Position numbers and translations under genes: made by a program | Origin: an uncultured Candidatus Saccharibacteria bacterium | GTDB lineage: Bacteria; Patescibacteriota; Doudnabacteria; UBA920 | Length of the DNA stretch: 64,000 nucleotides | Assembly (NCBI GenBank): GCA_964474825.1 | Contig: CAYYWQ010000001.1 | Location: 65,420-129,419 of the forward strand | Reading direction: 5' to 3' | The notes under the pieces: model-generated | The model's database searches: none | Told to the model about the DNA's origin: nothing | Seen by the model: only the letters and a program-made list of their open reading frames with translations | Shown: positions 53,147 through 62,485 of the stretch, piece by piece | Layout: each line of letters starts with the position of its first letter | Position numbering within the stretch: position 1 is the first letter of the stretch

Positions 53147-55411
53147 TCATGCTTGACCCTCCTCCACCGGTGGCGGATCGGCCGGCGGCGGTTCCGCGGG
53201 CGGATCGCTGGGTTGCGGTGTCGGTTCCGGTTCCGGGTTAGGCTCCGGTGTTGGAGCTGGTGACGGATTCGGATTTGGATCTGGTCCTGGTTGGGGTGGC
53301 TCTTGTCCTGCTGTATCACCCGGTGGCGGAGCCACCAAGGTCAGCTTAATCCATCCGCTGGACTTGCCGTCCGCACGAACCACACGCAGCCAGAGATCTC
53401 CTGGTGCCGGGTAATCCGCAGGGAGAGGTAAAAACATGGACTTGGTGTCGTTGAATGTTGCTGTCCACTTGGTGTGGTCCGCTAATTCAACAACGGCGCA
53501 TTCTGCCGAACAGCCAGGAGTTGTCAGGAAGTTTCCAAGGATCTGGAAAGTAACTCCGGGCCATAGCTCCGAGCGTTCGGGCTTTTCGGCATTTACCACC
53601 GATCCGATCTCGGGCGGAGGTTGGACAACCTCAACCTGAATCGGTCCTGCCGAGGCGGTGTTACCGCGAGCGGAAGCACGGACAGTGAAGCTGCCGTTTT
53701 CCATGGGCGTAAAACTAACACATTTGTCGCTGACGCTGTCAGCGGCACCGAAATCCCGGATGTCTCCGGAAATCCCGGCCCACGTAATGACCCACGTGGA
53801 GGGTTGTTCGCTGGTAGTGAAGCAAGCCGCAGTAGGCTTACCTAAGTCCAGCGAAGTCGGCGTCACCGTGAACTTGGTCACGGCAATAGGTCCTGGGGCA
53901 TTGGTCACGGTGATGTTGAGCGGCAGACTCCACGCAACACCTGTGTTGCGGTTGGTGGAATACGTCTGAAGCTCATAGTTACCAGCCTTGGGAACGTTGA
54001 CAACAGCGTCGTCGCTCCGAAGGATCTGGTTGGATTCGTACCCGGTTGCCTTAGTGTAGAGGACAGTGGTCCAGTCTACACCGAAACATCCGGCGCACCT
54101 TAGCGAGATAGGAGATCCCGCAAAGAAAGGTGCCTTCGTGGTCAGTTCAAGCAGGGGCTTGGGAAATACCAGCGGAACAGTCCCGCCGCCTTCCTTTGCT
54201 CCAGTTGCGTAAACCGTTCCGGCGTCGTCCATGTAAATGGAGCCGGCAACGATACCGTTGAGTTTGAACTTCGCCGTAACATCACCGGGTAAAACCAAAT
54301 TATACGTCTGGCCTCCGGTTTCCTTCAGGATCAGCTTGCCCGGTCCTGGAGGATCAAAGGATGTTGGGAACGTGAGGAAGGCGATTCCGGCGGCGCTAGT
54401 CGCTGCCGAAGATGCTTTGAGGTTTTGTGCTCCCGAGGTACCTCGAGCTACGAGGGTAAGCTTGAGGGTGACGGGATCCAGAACTGCGAGTGCGTTGGCA
54501 TCAAACCTTGAAGAGCTGATTGCTATAGCTCCGTTCGGTCCTGCTGACAAATAGCAGCACTCTACCGAGTCCTGGAACAGAAAGTCGGTCGCCGAGGTTA
54601 CAGCTAAGCGCGCACCGCCTGCGAGTCCGACAACGTAGACGTTGTCGTGATTCAGAGCAGCACTAGTTGTAACTGCAAAGTAGTCGCCGGTGGCAACTAC
54701 GTCTTTTATAACCAGACCTAGAGACCAAGGCGTTACATCAGCGATCTCACCACCTTCTGGGGGGATTTGAAAAATCCGCCAGTTGCCTTGGAGGTAACAG
54801 CTCGTATAGAGCTTGCCGTCCTTGGCAAGATTGACTGTGGTGAATTGCGCCGGGATGCCCAGGGTTTTAACTATGGTTTCTTCGCGCAGCTTGAAAGGAA
54901 AGAGCTGGCGATTGTTGAGGGGGGAAAACACCCTTAGATCAGCTGTAGACACTGTGAAGATCGTGTCATCAAGCCACCCGAATTGTGGAGATCCTGTGAC
55001 GTCGCTGATTGTGGAGACTGCCACATAGCGGTCGTCAACAGAGAGGTTGCCCATGAACGGATCGACATAACTTGCCGGCCCTACATGGTAAAACAACAGT
55101 TTGCCGCGCCGTTGACCTGGATTTGGTAGGCCAGCTTTTGCGGCCAACTCTTCCATGGTTCCGACATATTGCATCGAGGAATCAATCCCTTTGCGGAGCA
55201 CGTAGAGGGAGTGCTCTCCCGTAGCGGTACCCAGCACACAAGCCCTGGTAAGGCGTGTTGATGAGCTCCTGCATTGAAAGGCTGCAGGAAGGCCGTCTAA
55301 AGCAGTATCGACCGAGACGAATCGCCCCGGAACGATACCGACTTGTTGTGACCAAGCGTTACCACTAAAAAGCAGTAGTAACACTAAAAGAGATGCAAGT
55401 TTGAGCTGCAT
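53147..55411 (-). CDS. Large secreted protein encoded by GC-rich island, Pro-rich C-terminal tail
   Basis: 754 aa; signal peptide MQLKLASLLVLLLLFSGNAWS; ~58% GC; GGAGGTGA RBS 5 nt before ATG; C-terminal PEPNPEPEPTPQP tract; no recognised domain. Confidence 0.55.
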   Translation of the reverse strand: MQLKLASLLVLLLLFSGNAWSQQVGIVPGRFVSVDTALDGLPAAFQCRSSSTRLTRACVLGTATGEHSLYVLRKGIDSSMQYVGTMEELAAKAGLPNPGQRRGKLLFYHVGPASYVDPFMGNLSVDDRYVAVSTISDVTGSPQFGWLDDTIFTVSTADLRVFSPLNNRQLFPFKLREETIVKTLGIPAQFTTVNLAKDGKLYTSCYLQGNWRIFQIPPEGGEIADVTPWSLGLVIKDVVATGDYFAVTTSAALNHDNVYVVGLAGGARLAVTSATDFLFQDSVECCYLSAGPNGAIAISSSRFDANALAVLDPVTLKLTLVARGTSGAQNLKASSAATSAAGIAFLTFPTSFDPPGPGKLILKETGGQTYNLVLPGDVTAKFKLNGIVAGSIYMDDAGTVYATGAKEGGGTVPLVFPKPLLELTTKAPFFAGSPISLRCAGCFGVDWTTVLYTKATGYESNQILRSDDAVVNVPKAGNYELQTYSTNRNTGVAWSLPLNITVTNAPGPIAVTKFTVTPTSLDLGKPTAACFTTSEQPSTWVITWAGISGDIRDFGAADSVSDKCVSFTPMENGSFTVRASARGNTASAGPIQVEVVQPPPEIGSVVNAEKPERSELWPGVTFQILGNFLTTPGCSAECAVVELADHTKWTATFNDTKSMFLPLPADYPAPGDLWLRVVRADGKSSGWIKLTLVAPPPGDTAGQEPPQPGPDPNPNPSPAPTPEPNPEPEPTPQPSDPPAEPPPADPPPVEEGQA

Positions 55412-55413
55412 CT

Positions 55414-55466
55414 TTCACCTCCGGGGAAGAGGGATCAAGGTTGATCCAACCTTTCCCGGAGGTGAA
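55414..55466. repeat. 12-bp perfect inverted repeat TTCACCTCCGGG…CCCGGAGGTGAA around the start of the 754-aa gene (carries RBS in both orientations)
   Basis: Read directly; inner GGATCAA-GG-TTGATCC palindrome. Confidence 0.75.
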
Positions 55467-55565
55467 ATGAAAACACTAAAACACATTACTAAACACGACA
55501 AAAATCGAGATTTGTTATCTCGTTTCTCATTTGTATTTCCTCCATTATTCTCACAAGGTTTTCAT

Positions 55566-55599
55566 TTCTCGAGCCTTTCCGGCCGGAAAGGCTCGAGAA
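55566..55599. repeat. Perfect 34-bp palindrome TTCTCGAGCCTTTCCGG|CCGGAAAGGCTCGAGAA
   Basis: Read directly; followed by hairpin AAATCAGC-CCCC-GCTGATTT (55611-55630). Confidence 0.85.
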
Positions 55600-55940
55600 T
55601 ACACACGCTAAAATCAGCCCCCGCTGATTTGTATTCACGTGATTGTATACAAACCAGCCATTGGGACTAAAGTACTATAAAATAGTAGCGAGGCAGGTCA
55701 AGAAAACCTATGCGATATTTTAACGTGCTGAAAATACTATAAAGTATTTCTTAATTTTTGTCAAGTTTTAGATTGTGGATAACTTTACCATTTTTGGAAC
55801 GAATAAAAACGGTTTTTATAGTTGTCTTTATAATTTTTGTGGTATAATAAAATCACTACAGAACTACGAATTTATTGCGCTACCGATGCCTACAGAAAAA
55901 TGCACTTAATTTGTAATTGTCTAAAATTTAGAAACAAAAA

Positions 55941-56489
55941 ATGGATAATCAAATAAGAATAAATACACCAATGTCTCCGGCACCTTTACCGCCAAAGTCC
56001 CACAAAGGCAATGCCATTGCAGCAGTTGTTTTAGCTATGGTTGTTATTGCCGGTGGCTTAGTGTGGTGGAATAACAAAAAACCCAATACTACTAATAATC
56101 CTCCTGTGGGTTCCCAGCCAACCCCTACTCCCACTCCTTCAACAGACCCTGTGCATTTAAACGCGGCAAATCCCGCTCCTGCTCTGTTTCCTTTAAAAGT
56201 TCCTTTGGAAGCGGAAGGAAAAGTTATAAATACCATAGACGAGCCTACCAAGGCCCAACGTTCTTTTATTAGCAGTAAAACTGTAGAAGAGAACTATAAT
56301 CTTTATAAAGATTATTTTGAAAAAAACGGTTGGACAATTACGGATCGCCCTGAACCTACCGGCGTCACCGGTCAGGCTTTTGACGCTACTAAAAATAATT
56401 TAAAAGCTTCCTTTGAAACTAAAGCTAATAAGAGCGGCGTGGTTACCGTAAACATATATTTTACAGTAGTACCTCCCAAAAATAACTAA
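55941..56489 (+). CDS. Hypothetical membrane-anchored secreted protein (paralog of 52402 gene)
   Basis: 182 aa; N-terminal TM, Pro/Thr-rich linker, conserved C-terminal domain. Confidence 0.45.
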   Translation: MDNQIRINTPMSPAPLPPKSHKGNAIAAVVLAMVVIAGGLVWWNNKKPNTTNNPPVGSQPTPTPTPSTDPVHLNAANPAPALFPLKVPLEAEGKVINTIDEPTKAQRSFISSKTVEENYNLYKDYFEKNGWTITDRPEPTGVTGQAFDATKNNLKASFETKANKSGVVTVNIYFTVVPPKNN

Positions 56490-56497
56490 AAAGCACA

Positions 56498-59400
56498 ATG
56501 TCAATAAGTAAGACCAAGCTTGTCACTACAATAATTTTTACTTTTTTTGCGTTAGGCGTTGTTTTTGCAACGGGTTATTATAACAACAGTGGATTTAAAG
56601 CTACCTCCTTTAGTTCAAAAATTTTATCAACTGCCTACGCCCAAAATTGTGACGGCTTTTGTGATTACAGGTGTGGTACTCCATGTGAGAGCAGTCCAAA
56701 CTTATGTGGGCGGACGAATACCGGGACTTACGATTGTTCCGGGTACTGCCCGGGCGTGTATCAGCCAAATGATCCTGAGACGGGTTACGGAGATACGTGT
56801 ACTTCAGCTTCAGCGAATAATTGCGGCACTTATGGTATAGGCTATATGACCTGTAGCGGCGGCAGCGACAATTTGTATTGTAATGCCGTAAAACCTGCGG
56901 ACGGCACCATTGCTTGTACTTCGGACTCCAATTGCAGCGACCCCGATGCCTGTACAACAGACAGGTGTAATAATGCAGGTTCATGTTCTTCTTATTGCAG
57001 TAATATAAGTAATCCTATTAATGGCGACTGGTCAGGATGGGGAACCTGTAGTAATACTTGCGGCAGCGGCACCCAAACTCGTTCTTGTAATAACCCTTCC
57101 CAGGCTTGCGGGGGTAGTAATTGTGTGGGGTCGAATACCCAGTCATGCGAAGATTACAGTACCTGTTCATATAATTGGCAAACAACCGCTTTTGACAGTT
57201 GTTCAGTGTCTTGCGGCCCGGGAACGCAAAACCGAAGTGTGGCCTGTGTGCGCAGCGACGGCACTCAGGTTGACGACAGTTTTTGTCCGGGCGCGAAACC
57301 TGCTATTTCACAACCTTGCAACAACGGAGCGTGCGCGTCGTGTACACCGGACGGGAGCTGTAGCGCTGCAGCACCCTCATGTGAACAAACAACCTATGGT
57401 TTAGACAACTGCGACAATCAATGTCAAAAAGTGGGAAGCTCTTGTTCCACATGTGTTTCCGATGCTAATAGTTGTGATGCTGCTACGCCACCTTGCGGCC
57501 AAACTACAACTGGGCTTGATAACTGCAATAGGTCTTGTCAAAAAACAGGCCCTTCTTGTAGTGTTACAGTAACCCCCTCCAATGGAGTCACTCCAACTCC
57601 TGATTACTCTCAAGGGTCAACGTCGGTTTCTTGTACTAGCGATGACCAATGCGCGTTTTTAAACGCTACGGCTTGTAATAAAAATGCCAGATGCAACGCA
57701 GGGTTTTGTCAGGCTGAGCCAAGCTGTTTTGCTTGTAGGTATGACTCAAGCAAACAATTAAGCGAAAGATATTCTTGTTCCGATACTTTAACATTCTGGG
57801 GAGCTACTACATTAGATACATGCTGGAGTTCTTGTAATCCTAACCATCTTTCTCCACCATCTTCTTGTGATACAGCCTGTTATCCTCAAGGGCCCGCGGC
57901 GTATGGCTCCGGTGTGCAGGATGGGTGTGGCTTTTTGGCCACTGACGGAGGGACAAGTTGTGTGGAAGTTGACGGCGGTACTTGGCACTATACCTTAACC
58001 ACTTGGACAAAATTAACCTGCAACGGTCAACAGCATACCCTAAACAATGGGGTTTGTAGTAATAATACATCAAGCTGCACTTTTACTATGAATCAACCAG
58101 GTTCTTCCTCCACTGGAGGAGCAGATGGTCCTTGTCCCGGAGGAGCCGGTCCCTCTAGCGGGGCTGTTTGCGGAAACCACAATGTAGAAAGTCCTGAAAC
58201 TTGTGACGACGGAAACCTGGTAAACGGTGATGGTTGCGACAAAGATTGCAAATTAGAAAAAGTAATTACCGTAAGCGCCCAGCCTACGTTTTTGTCTATT
58301 AATCCGGGTAACAGCGCGTTGTATGTTTTAACTTCGTCTTCTTTGGGCGCGCCTATTGCCAATGCAAAATTTACTTTTACAGGCGGTTGCCCTTCCGGCG
58401 CCACCTGCAGTTTTAATGCCAGCGGCAATTCTACGGACACCAAAGCTTTTAGCAGCAACTCGGCATCTACAAATTTAACTATTACTAATACGACAACTGT
58501 TGTGGCTCCCCAAACTAGGAGCTTAACATTTAAAGTGGAAGATTCTTCGTGCTCCGGCCAAGTTGGGTGTCCGACGGCGACTGGGATTGTAACTTTAGAC
58601 ATTGCTTCTAGTGCTTCCCGAACAATTAAGGGTAGTAAAGTTATAATGCCCGGAAACCAAGCTATTGCCCCGGCCGCGGCACAGGCAGTGAGTTTAGACG
58701 GCGGCTCCCCAACTACGGCTAATCCTTACATTTTTTCAAATGTTTCTTCGGGTAATCACACGGTTTCTGTTCCCAACATAAGCGGTTACAATACGGGTTA
58801 CACTTTGTGTTACAACGGCACTACCTGCCATAGCACTACAACCCCAACTGCGGGCAATAGTGTTGTGGTAAGTGTCCCGGCGGGAGGGTATGCGGATTTA
58901 TGGTGGCACTATACCCCGAGCGGCGGCGTTACTGCGGACTTAAAAGGCACTGTTTGGACAAATAGCACCCGTAATACGGCTTGGGGCGGATACAGTAATA
59001 TAGATGGGCCGGTTATTGTTTACGAAACCGCACCTTATGGTTTAACTTGGACAAGCAATGCGACAACATGTCTTTTGGATGGAGTTTCTGTAACTCCAAA
59101 TAGCAGTAACAATACTTACACCGCAGGCACAAATACCTGGACCCGTGTGCATACCTTGGCTTGCACCAGTGCTGCCGGCTCTGCAAGCGACACCTTTACT
59201 ATTTCCATACCACCGCCTCCAACCAACCCGGGCGGAAGTTGCGGGGGAGCGGGTACTTCGCTTTCGCTTTCTTGGTCTGCCCCGGCCGGGTACAATAGTT
59301 TTTATGTCCGTGTTGTGGATTTAGCCAACAACTCCGTGTTCTTTTATACAAACGACAACTATTCCGGTACAACCATAACCGTGCCGAATACAATAAGCGG

Positions 59401-61135
59401 ACATACTTATTCCTGGTGGGTTCATACCAGGAACGCGGTGCAGGGCGCTTACAGTACTGCCGTAGGTACAAATGTTGTTTGCGGAACAATTGTCGCGCCT
59501 CACATTTCCTTGGCTGGCGGTCCATTTAACTTTAGCGGCTACTCCGGCGGGCCAACCCCGGCCTCGCAGAATTCCTTAACCTTAACAAACACTGTTAGCG
59601 GAACCACTTTAAAATGGAAAGCATCAACCGACCAGTCCTGGTGCCACGTTAGTCCGACCACAGGTACACTTTCGAACACTTCGCCGGTTAATTTAACCTT
59701 AAGCGTAGACGCGCCTTCAAGGGTTACCACTGCCCAGTGTAACGTAAAAGTTGAGGACAATAGTTCTTCCCCGGCGGCAGACAACAGCCCTCAGACCGTG
59801 GCGGTTACTTACACTGTTGCCAGCTGCGCGGATTATTTGGTCCCTGCGTCTAATAACAGTACCGCAACTTTTACCAACATTACTTCAAACGGTTATACAA
59901 TTAACTGGAACCCCAACAGCGGTCCTGTGGACAATTGGTATGGTTATAAAGCGCGCTTACGCTTTGCGGCAAGCTCGGCCGATGCTATTAGCTGTAACCC
60001 GGGAGTTAATAGTTGCATAGTAAAATTTGATACTAACTCAGCCATTTCCAGCTATACAGTTACCGGCGCCTCTCCAAACACAACCTATTACAACCGCATT
60101 CCTGCTGTATGCTGGGACTTTAACGACCTCTATAATCCTGCCGGTAATCCGGCCGCCGCGGAAAACCAAAATAACGGTTATAACCAGCTGAGGTTTAAGG
60201 ATAATACGCCGTATCCGACAGTTACAACTTTGGCTTCAACCCCTGTTAACCCTATAAATCCGGGAAGCTGTAATTCCCAAACTAGCTGCGCCAGCGGTGG
60301 CGGTACCCCAGCTTGTGCCAACGTCCGTTTCCAGTTCACCGACAATTCCACAAACGAAGACGGCTTTAAAATCTACAAAAATTCCGTTAATTCTACTTCC
60401 AGCGCGGCGTTAATAAAGACTATTACCAGCACCACAGTGGCCTCCACCGGACAGAAATATACATACGATTATGATTTGGCCGGCGATACAGCAGTTTATT
60501 ATTACTGGGTAACTGCCTTCAGTTCTACCTTGGGGCAGTCCGCGTACTCGTCCATGAATTCCATTGCCGCTTTTATTTGCGGGCCGACTATTATCAATTC
60601 AGACAAGGAAATAGTAAAAATCAACGGAGCTACTATTAATCCCGCGCCCACTGCCTGCAACCAGGACAGTACCCCGCTGCCGTCTTATATTGTTCCAAAA
60701 CTCGACGACGTCCTAACCTTTTCCGTTAATATTTGCAATACTAACGGTTCAACTGTCCTTACCGGAATTACAGTCAGCGACACGCTAGTTAATTTGATTA
60801 TGCCTACCAGCGGTTGGAATATGTGTTTTACCAGGACTTATGGAGATTGCTCCGTGGGTACTCCAATTACTACTGTAGGCAGCGGCAGCGGCAAGTATAC
60901 AGTGAGCGGTAATACCTTAAATATTAATTTAACCGGCAGCTCCTTCAATATTCCGGCCGGACAGTCCGCCTATATAATGCTGGACGCGCAATTGCCTAAT
61001 AATACCAGTAGTCGTTTGTTCCAAAACACAGCCAGTATTAATTACACCGGGTCAGCCGGAGCCTTAGACGTGTTTACACCCTTCCAGCAGTTCCTAAACG
61101 GCGCCAACGCCCCAATTATTAGGGAAAGACCATAG
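56498..61135 (+). CDS. Giant Cys-rich extracellular protein with thrombospondin type-1-like repeats, Myxococcus-type Cys-rich repeat and DUF11-like C-terminal repeats
   Basis: 1545 aa; signal/TM N-terminus; WSGWGTCSNTCGSGTQTRSC (TSP1 consensus WSxWxxCSxTCGxGxxxRxC) at aa 178-197 and second TSP1-like WQTTAFDSCSVSCGPGTQNRSVAC; CGNHNVESPETCDDGNLVNGDGCDKDC; C-terminal TVLTGITVSDTL DUF11-like. Confidence 0.7.
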   Translation: MSISKTKLVTTIIFTFFALGVVFATGYYNNSGFKATSFSSKILSTAYAQNCDGFCDYRCGTPCESSPNLCGRTNTGTYDCSGYCPGVYQPNDPETGYGDTCTSASANNCGTYGIGYMTCSGGSDNLYCNAVKPADGTIACTSDSNCSDPDACTTDRCNNAGSCSSYCSNISNPINGDWSGWGTCSNTCGSGTQTRSCNNPSQACGGSNCVGSNTQSCEDYSTCSYNWQTTAFDSCSVSCGPGTQNRSVACVRSDGTQVDDSFCPGAKPAISQPCNNGACASCTPDGSCSAAAPSCEQTTYGLDNCDNQCQKVGSSCSTCVSDANSCDAATPPCGQTTTGLDNCNRSCQKTGPSCSVTVTPSNGVTPTPDYSQGSTSVSCTSDDQCAFLNATACNKNARCNAGFCQAEPSCFACRYDSSKQLSERYSCSDTLTFWGATTLDTCWSSCNPNHLSPPSSCDTACYPQGPAAYGSGVQDGCGFLATDGGTSCVEVDGGTWHYTLTTWTKLTCNGQQHTLNNGVCSNNTSSCTFTMNQPGSSSTGGADGPCPGGAGPSSGAVCGNHNVESPETCDDGNLVNGDGCDKDCKLEKVITVSAQPTFLSINPGNSALYVLTSSSLGAPIANAKFTFTGGCPSGATCSFNASGNSTDTKAFSSNSASTNLTITNTTTVVAPQTRSLTFKVEDSSCSGQVGCPTATGIVTLDIASSASRTIKGSKVIMPGNQAIAPAAAQAVSLDGGSPTTANPYIFSNVSSGNHTVSVPNISGYNTGYTLCYNGTTCHSTTTPTAGNSVVVSVPAGGYADLWWHYTPSGGVTADLKGTVWTNSTRNTAWGGYSNIDGPVIVYETAPYGLTWTSNATTCLLDGVSVTPNSSNNTYTAGTNTWTRVHTLACTSAAGSASDTFTISIPPPPTNPGGSCGGAGTSLSLSWSAPAGYNSFYVRVVDLANNSVFFYTNDNYSGTTITVPNTISGHTYSWWVHTRNAVQGAYSTAVGTNVVCGTIVAPHISLAGGPFNFSGYSGGPTPASQNSLTLTNTVSGTTLKWKASTDQSWCHVSPTTGTLSNTSPVNLTLSVDAPSRVTTAQCNVKVEDNSSSPAADNSPQTVAVTYTVASCADYLVPASNNSTATFTNITSNGYTINWNPNSGPVDNWYGYKARLRFAASSADAISCNPGVNSCIVKFDTNSAISSYTVTGASPNTTYYNRIPAVCWDFNDLYNPAGNPAAAENQNNGYNQLRFKDNTPYPTVTTLASTPVNPINPGSCNSQTSCASGGGTPACANVRFQFTDNSTNEDGFKIYKNSVNSTSSAALIKTITSTTVASTGQKYTYDYDLAGDTAVYYYWVTAFSSTLGQSAYSSMNSIAAFICGPTIINSDKEIVKINGATINPAPTACNQDSTPLPSYIVPKLDDVLTFSVNICNTNGSTVLTGITVSDTLVNLIMPTSGWNMCFTRTYGDCSVGTPITTVGSGSGKYTVSGNTLNINLTGSSFNIPAGQSAYIMLDAQLPNNTSSRLFQNTASINYTGSAGALDVFTPFQQFLNGANAPIIRERP

Positions 61136-61145
61136 TAAAGTAAAT

Positions 61146-61182
61146 AAAAAGACGGCCGCCTACAAAAGGTTGGCCGTTTTTT
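61146..61182 (+). terminator. Terminator ACGGCC-14nt-GGCCGT + T6
   Basis: A-run, 6-bp GC stem, T-run right after the giant gene stop. Confidence 0.55.
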
Positions 61183-61205
61183 AATGATACAAAAAGAACT
61201 CGCTG

Positions 61206-61234
61206 TTGATTTGATTATATTTTTATTTTATAAT
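61206..61234 (+). promoter_or_regulatory. Sigma70-like promoter TTGATT-17 nt-TATAAT for pilin gene 61288
   Basis: Consensus spacing, 54 nt upstream of ATG. Confidence 0.5.
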
Positions 61235-61287
61235 GCTTAAAGGGCTTACTTAGGAACAAAATTGGAAACAAATTTATTAGGCTAATA

Positions 61288-61830
61288 ATGAAAAATAAAA
61301 AAACCACGGGATTTACATTGCTTGAGGTCCTTATAGTTTTGGCAATTATAGGGGTTTTAGCGTCTGTGGTTATGCTTGCGTTAAAAAGGAGCCGGCTTAA
61401 AGCTGCTAATGCTAAAATTCAAACCACAGTGCACCAGTTTCAAATAGCTTCGGAGTTGTATTTGGCCGACCATGGTGGTCAATATGTAAGAGTGTCTTCT
61501 TCTAATATTCTTCCAGGATGGGATATGAGTTCCCAGGGAAATTTTTTGCCAGAACTTAAGCCTTATATGGCCCAGGAGATTGAGCATCCAAACAACATAG
61601 ACAGTTATTTATATATTAATTTTCAAGACGTAGACGCTAATCCTTACAACGCCATTTCGGAAGCCTTTAGAAATGGGTGTTCATCAAAAGTGAAAGCAGT
61701 GCTCGTTTATGATTTTATTGGGGATGATCCCAATAACCCACAAACTACAGTAATAGATAGCTCCTGGCCGGTGTGTCATTCCTCTTACGGTGGGTCACCC
61801 TTAGATTTTAATTGCCTATGCCTTAATTAG
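61288..61830 (+). CDS. Type IV pilin
   Basis: 180 aa; MKNKKTTGFTLLEVLIVLAIIGVLASVV prepilin motif; C-terminal Cys pairs. Confidence 0.75.
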   Translation: MKNKKTTGFTLLEVLIVLAIIGVLASVVMLALKRSRLKAANAKIQTTVHQFQIASELYLADHGGQYVRVSSSNILPGWDMSSQGNFLPELKPYMAQEIEHPNNIDSYLYINFQDVDANPYNAISEAFRNGCSSKVKAVLVYDFIGDDPNNPQTTVIDSSWPVCHSSYGGSPLDFNCLCLN

Positions 61831-61852
61831 GTTGGCTTTGCATAGTTCCAAA

Positions 61853-61912
61853 TAAAAAAACCCGGATCCGTTGTCAGTTGTAATGCTGGCAAAATAAATC
61901 CGGGTTTTTATT
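61853..61912. terminator. Bidirectional terminator-like structure ACCCGGAT-30nt-ATCCGGGT flanked by A7/T5
   Basis: Between convergent genes 61288 (+) and 61916 (-); long loop lowers confidence. Confidence 0.4.
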
Positions 61913-61915
61913 TTA

Positions 61916-62410
61916 CTATACTTTTTTTCTAAGGCGTACCAGGTATGTTGTGGCTGTTATTACCAGGAGAATAATTAGCAGTTGACCCAGGGGAGTGTTG
62001 GTAAATGGTTTTGCCGTTTCTGAAACGGTAATGGTTATGGGAATTTTAGCCCCTGCCGCTACCGATAAACTGGTTTGGTCCAAAGGACGGCCAAGTATTG
62101 CCAGTTGTGTTTTATCTGCCCCGAGGAGGCCCTTAGGGTTAACTTTTACTGTTACGGTTCTGCGCCCACCCGGTTCTAAGGAGAAGCTGGTTGGCTCGGC
62201 CGTAATATAGTTGGGATAATCTTCCGAGTAAACCGCAAACACTACTACGTCTGGGCTTGGGTTGGCAACGGTTATTTCCTGGATTTTTTGCGCATTGTCA
62301 TCAAAAACAAAATCCAGCCTGGCAGGGGAAACCTGGATGCCGGAGGCAAGGGCGGTTGGCATGGATATCACAGCCCAAGTGATGATGAATATCAGAATTT
62401 TTTTTATCAT
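61916..62410 (-). CDS. Secreted protein with C-terminal TM anchor, hypothetical
   Basis: 164 aa; signal peptide MIKKILIFIITWAVISMPTALA; beta-rich body; C-terminal hydrophobic helix + RLRKKV. Confidence 0.45.
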   Translation of the reverse strand: MIKKILIFIITWAVISMPTALASGIQVSPARLDFVFDDNAQKIQEITVANPSPDVVVFAVYSEDYPNYITAEPTSFSLEPGGRRTVTVKVNPKGLLGADKTQLAILGRPLDQTSLSVAAGAKIPITITVSETAKPFTNTPLGQLLIILLVITATTYLVRLRKKV

Positions 62411-62485
62411 AATCTTGTTAGAGCAGGTAGCTTGTAGGAAGTAGTTGGTAGCCAGTATTGCTACAAGCTACCCGCTACTGACTAC

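Noticed and set aside
55467-55670. Plus-strand 67-codon ORF starting at the inverted-repeat RBS (MKTLKHITKH…)
   Set aside because: Has SD+ATG only because it mirrors the real minus-strand RBS in the inverted repeat; runs through the 34-bp palindrome; no other coding evidence.
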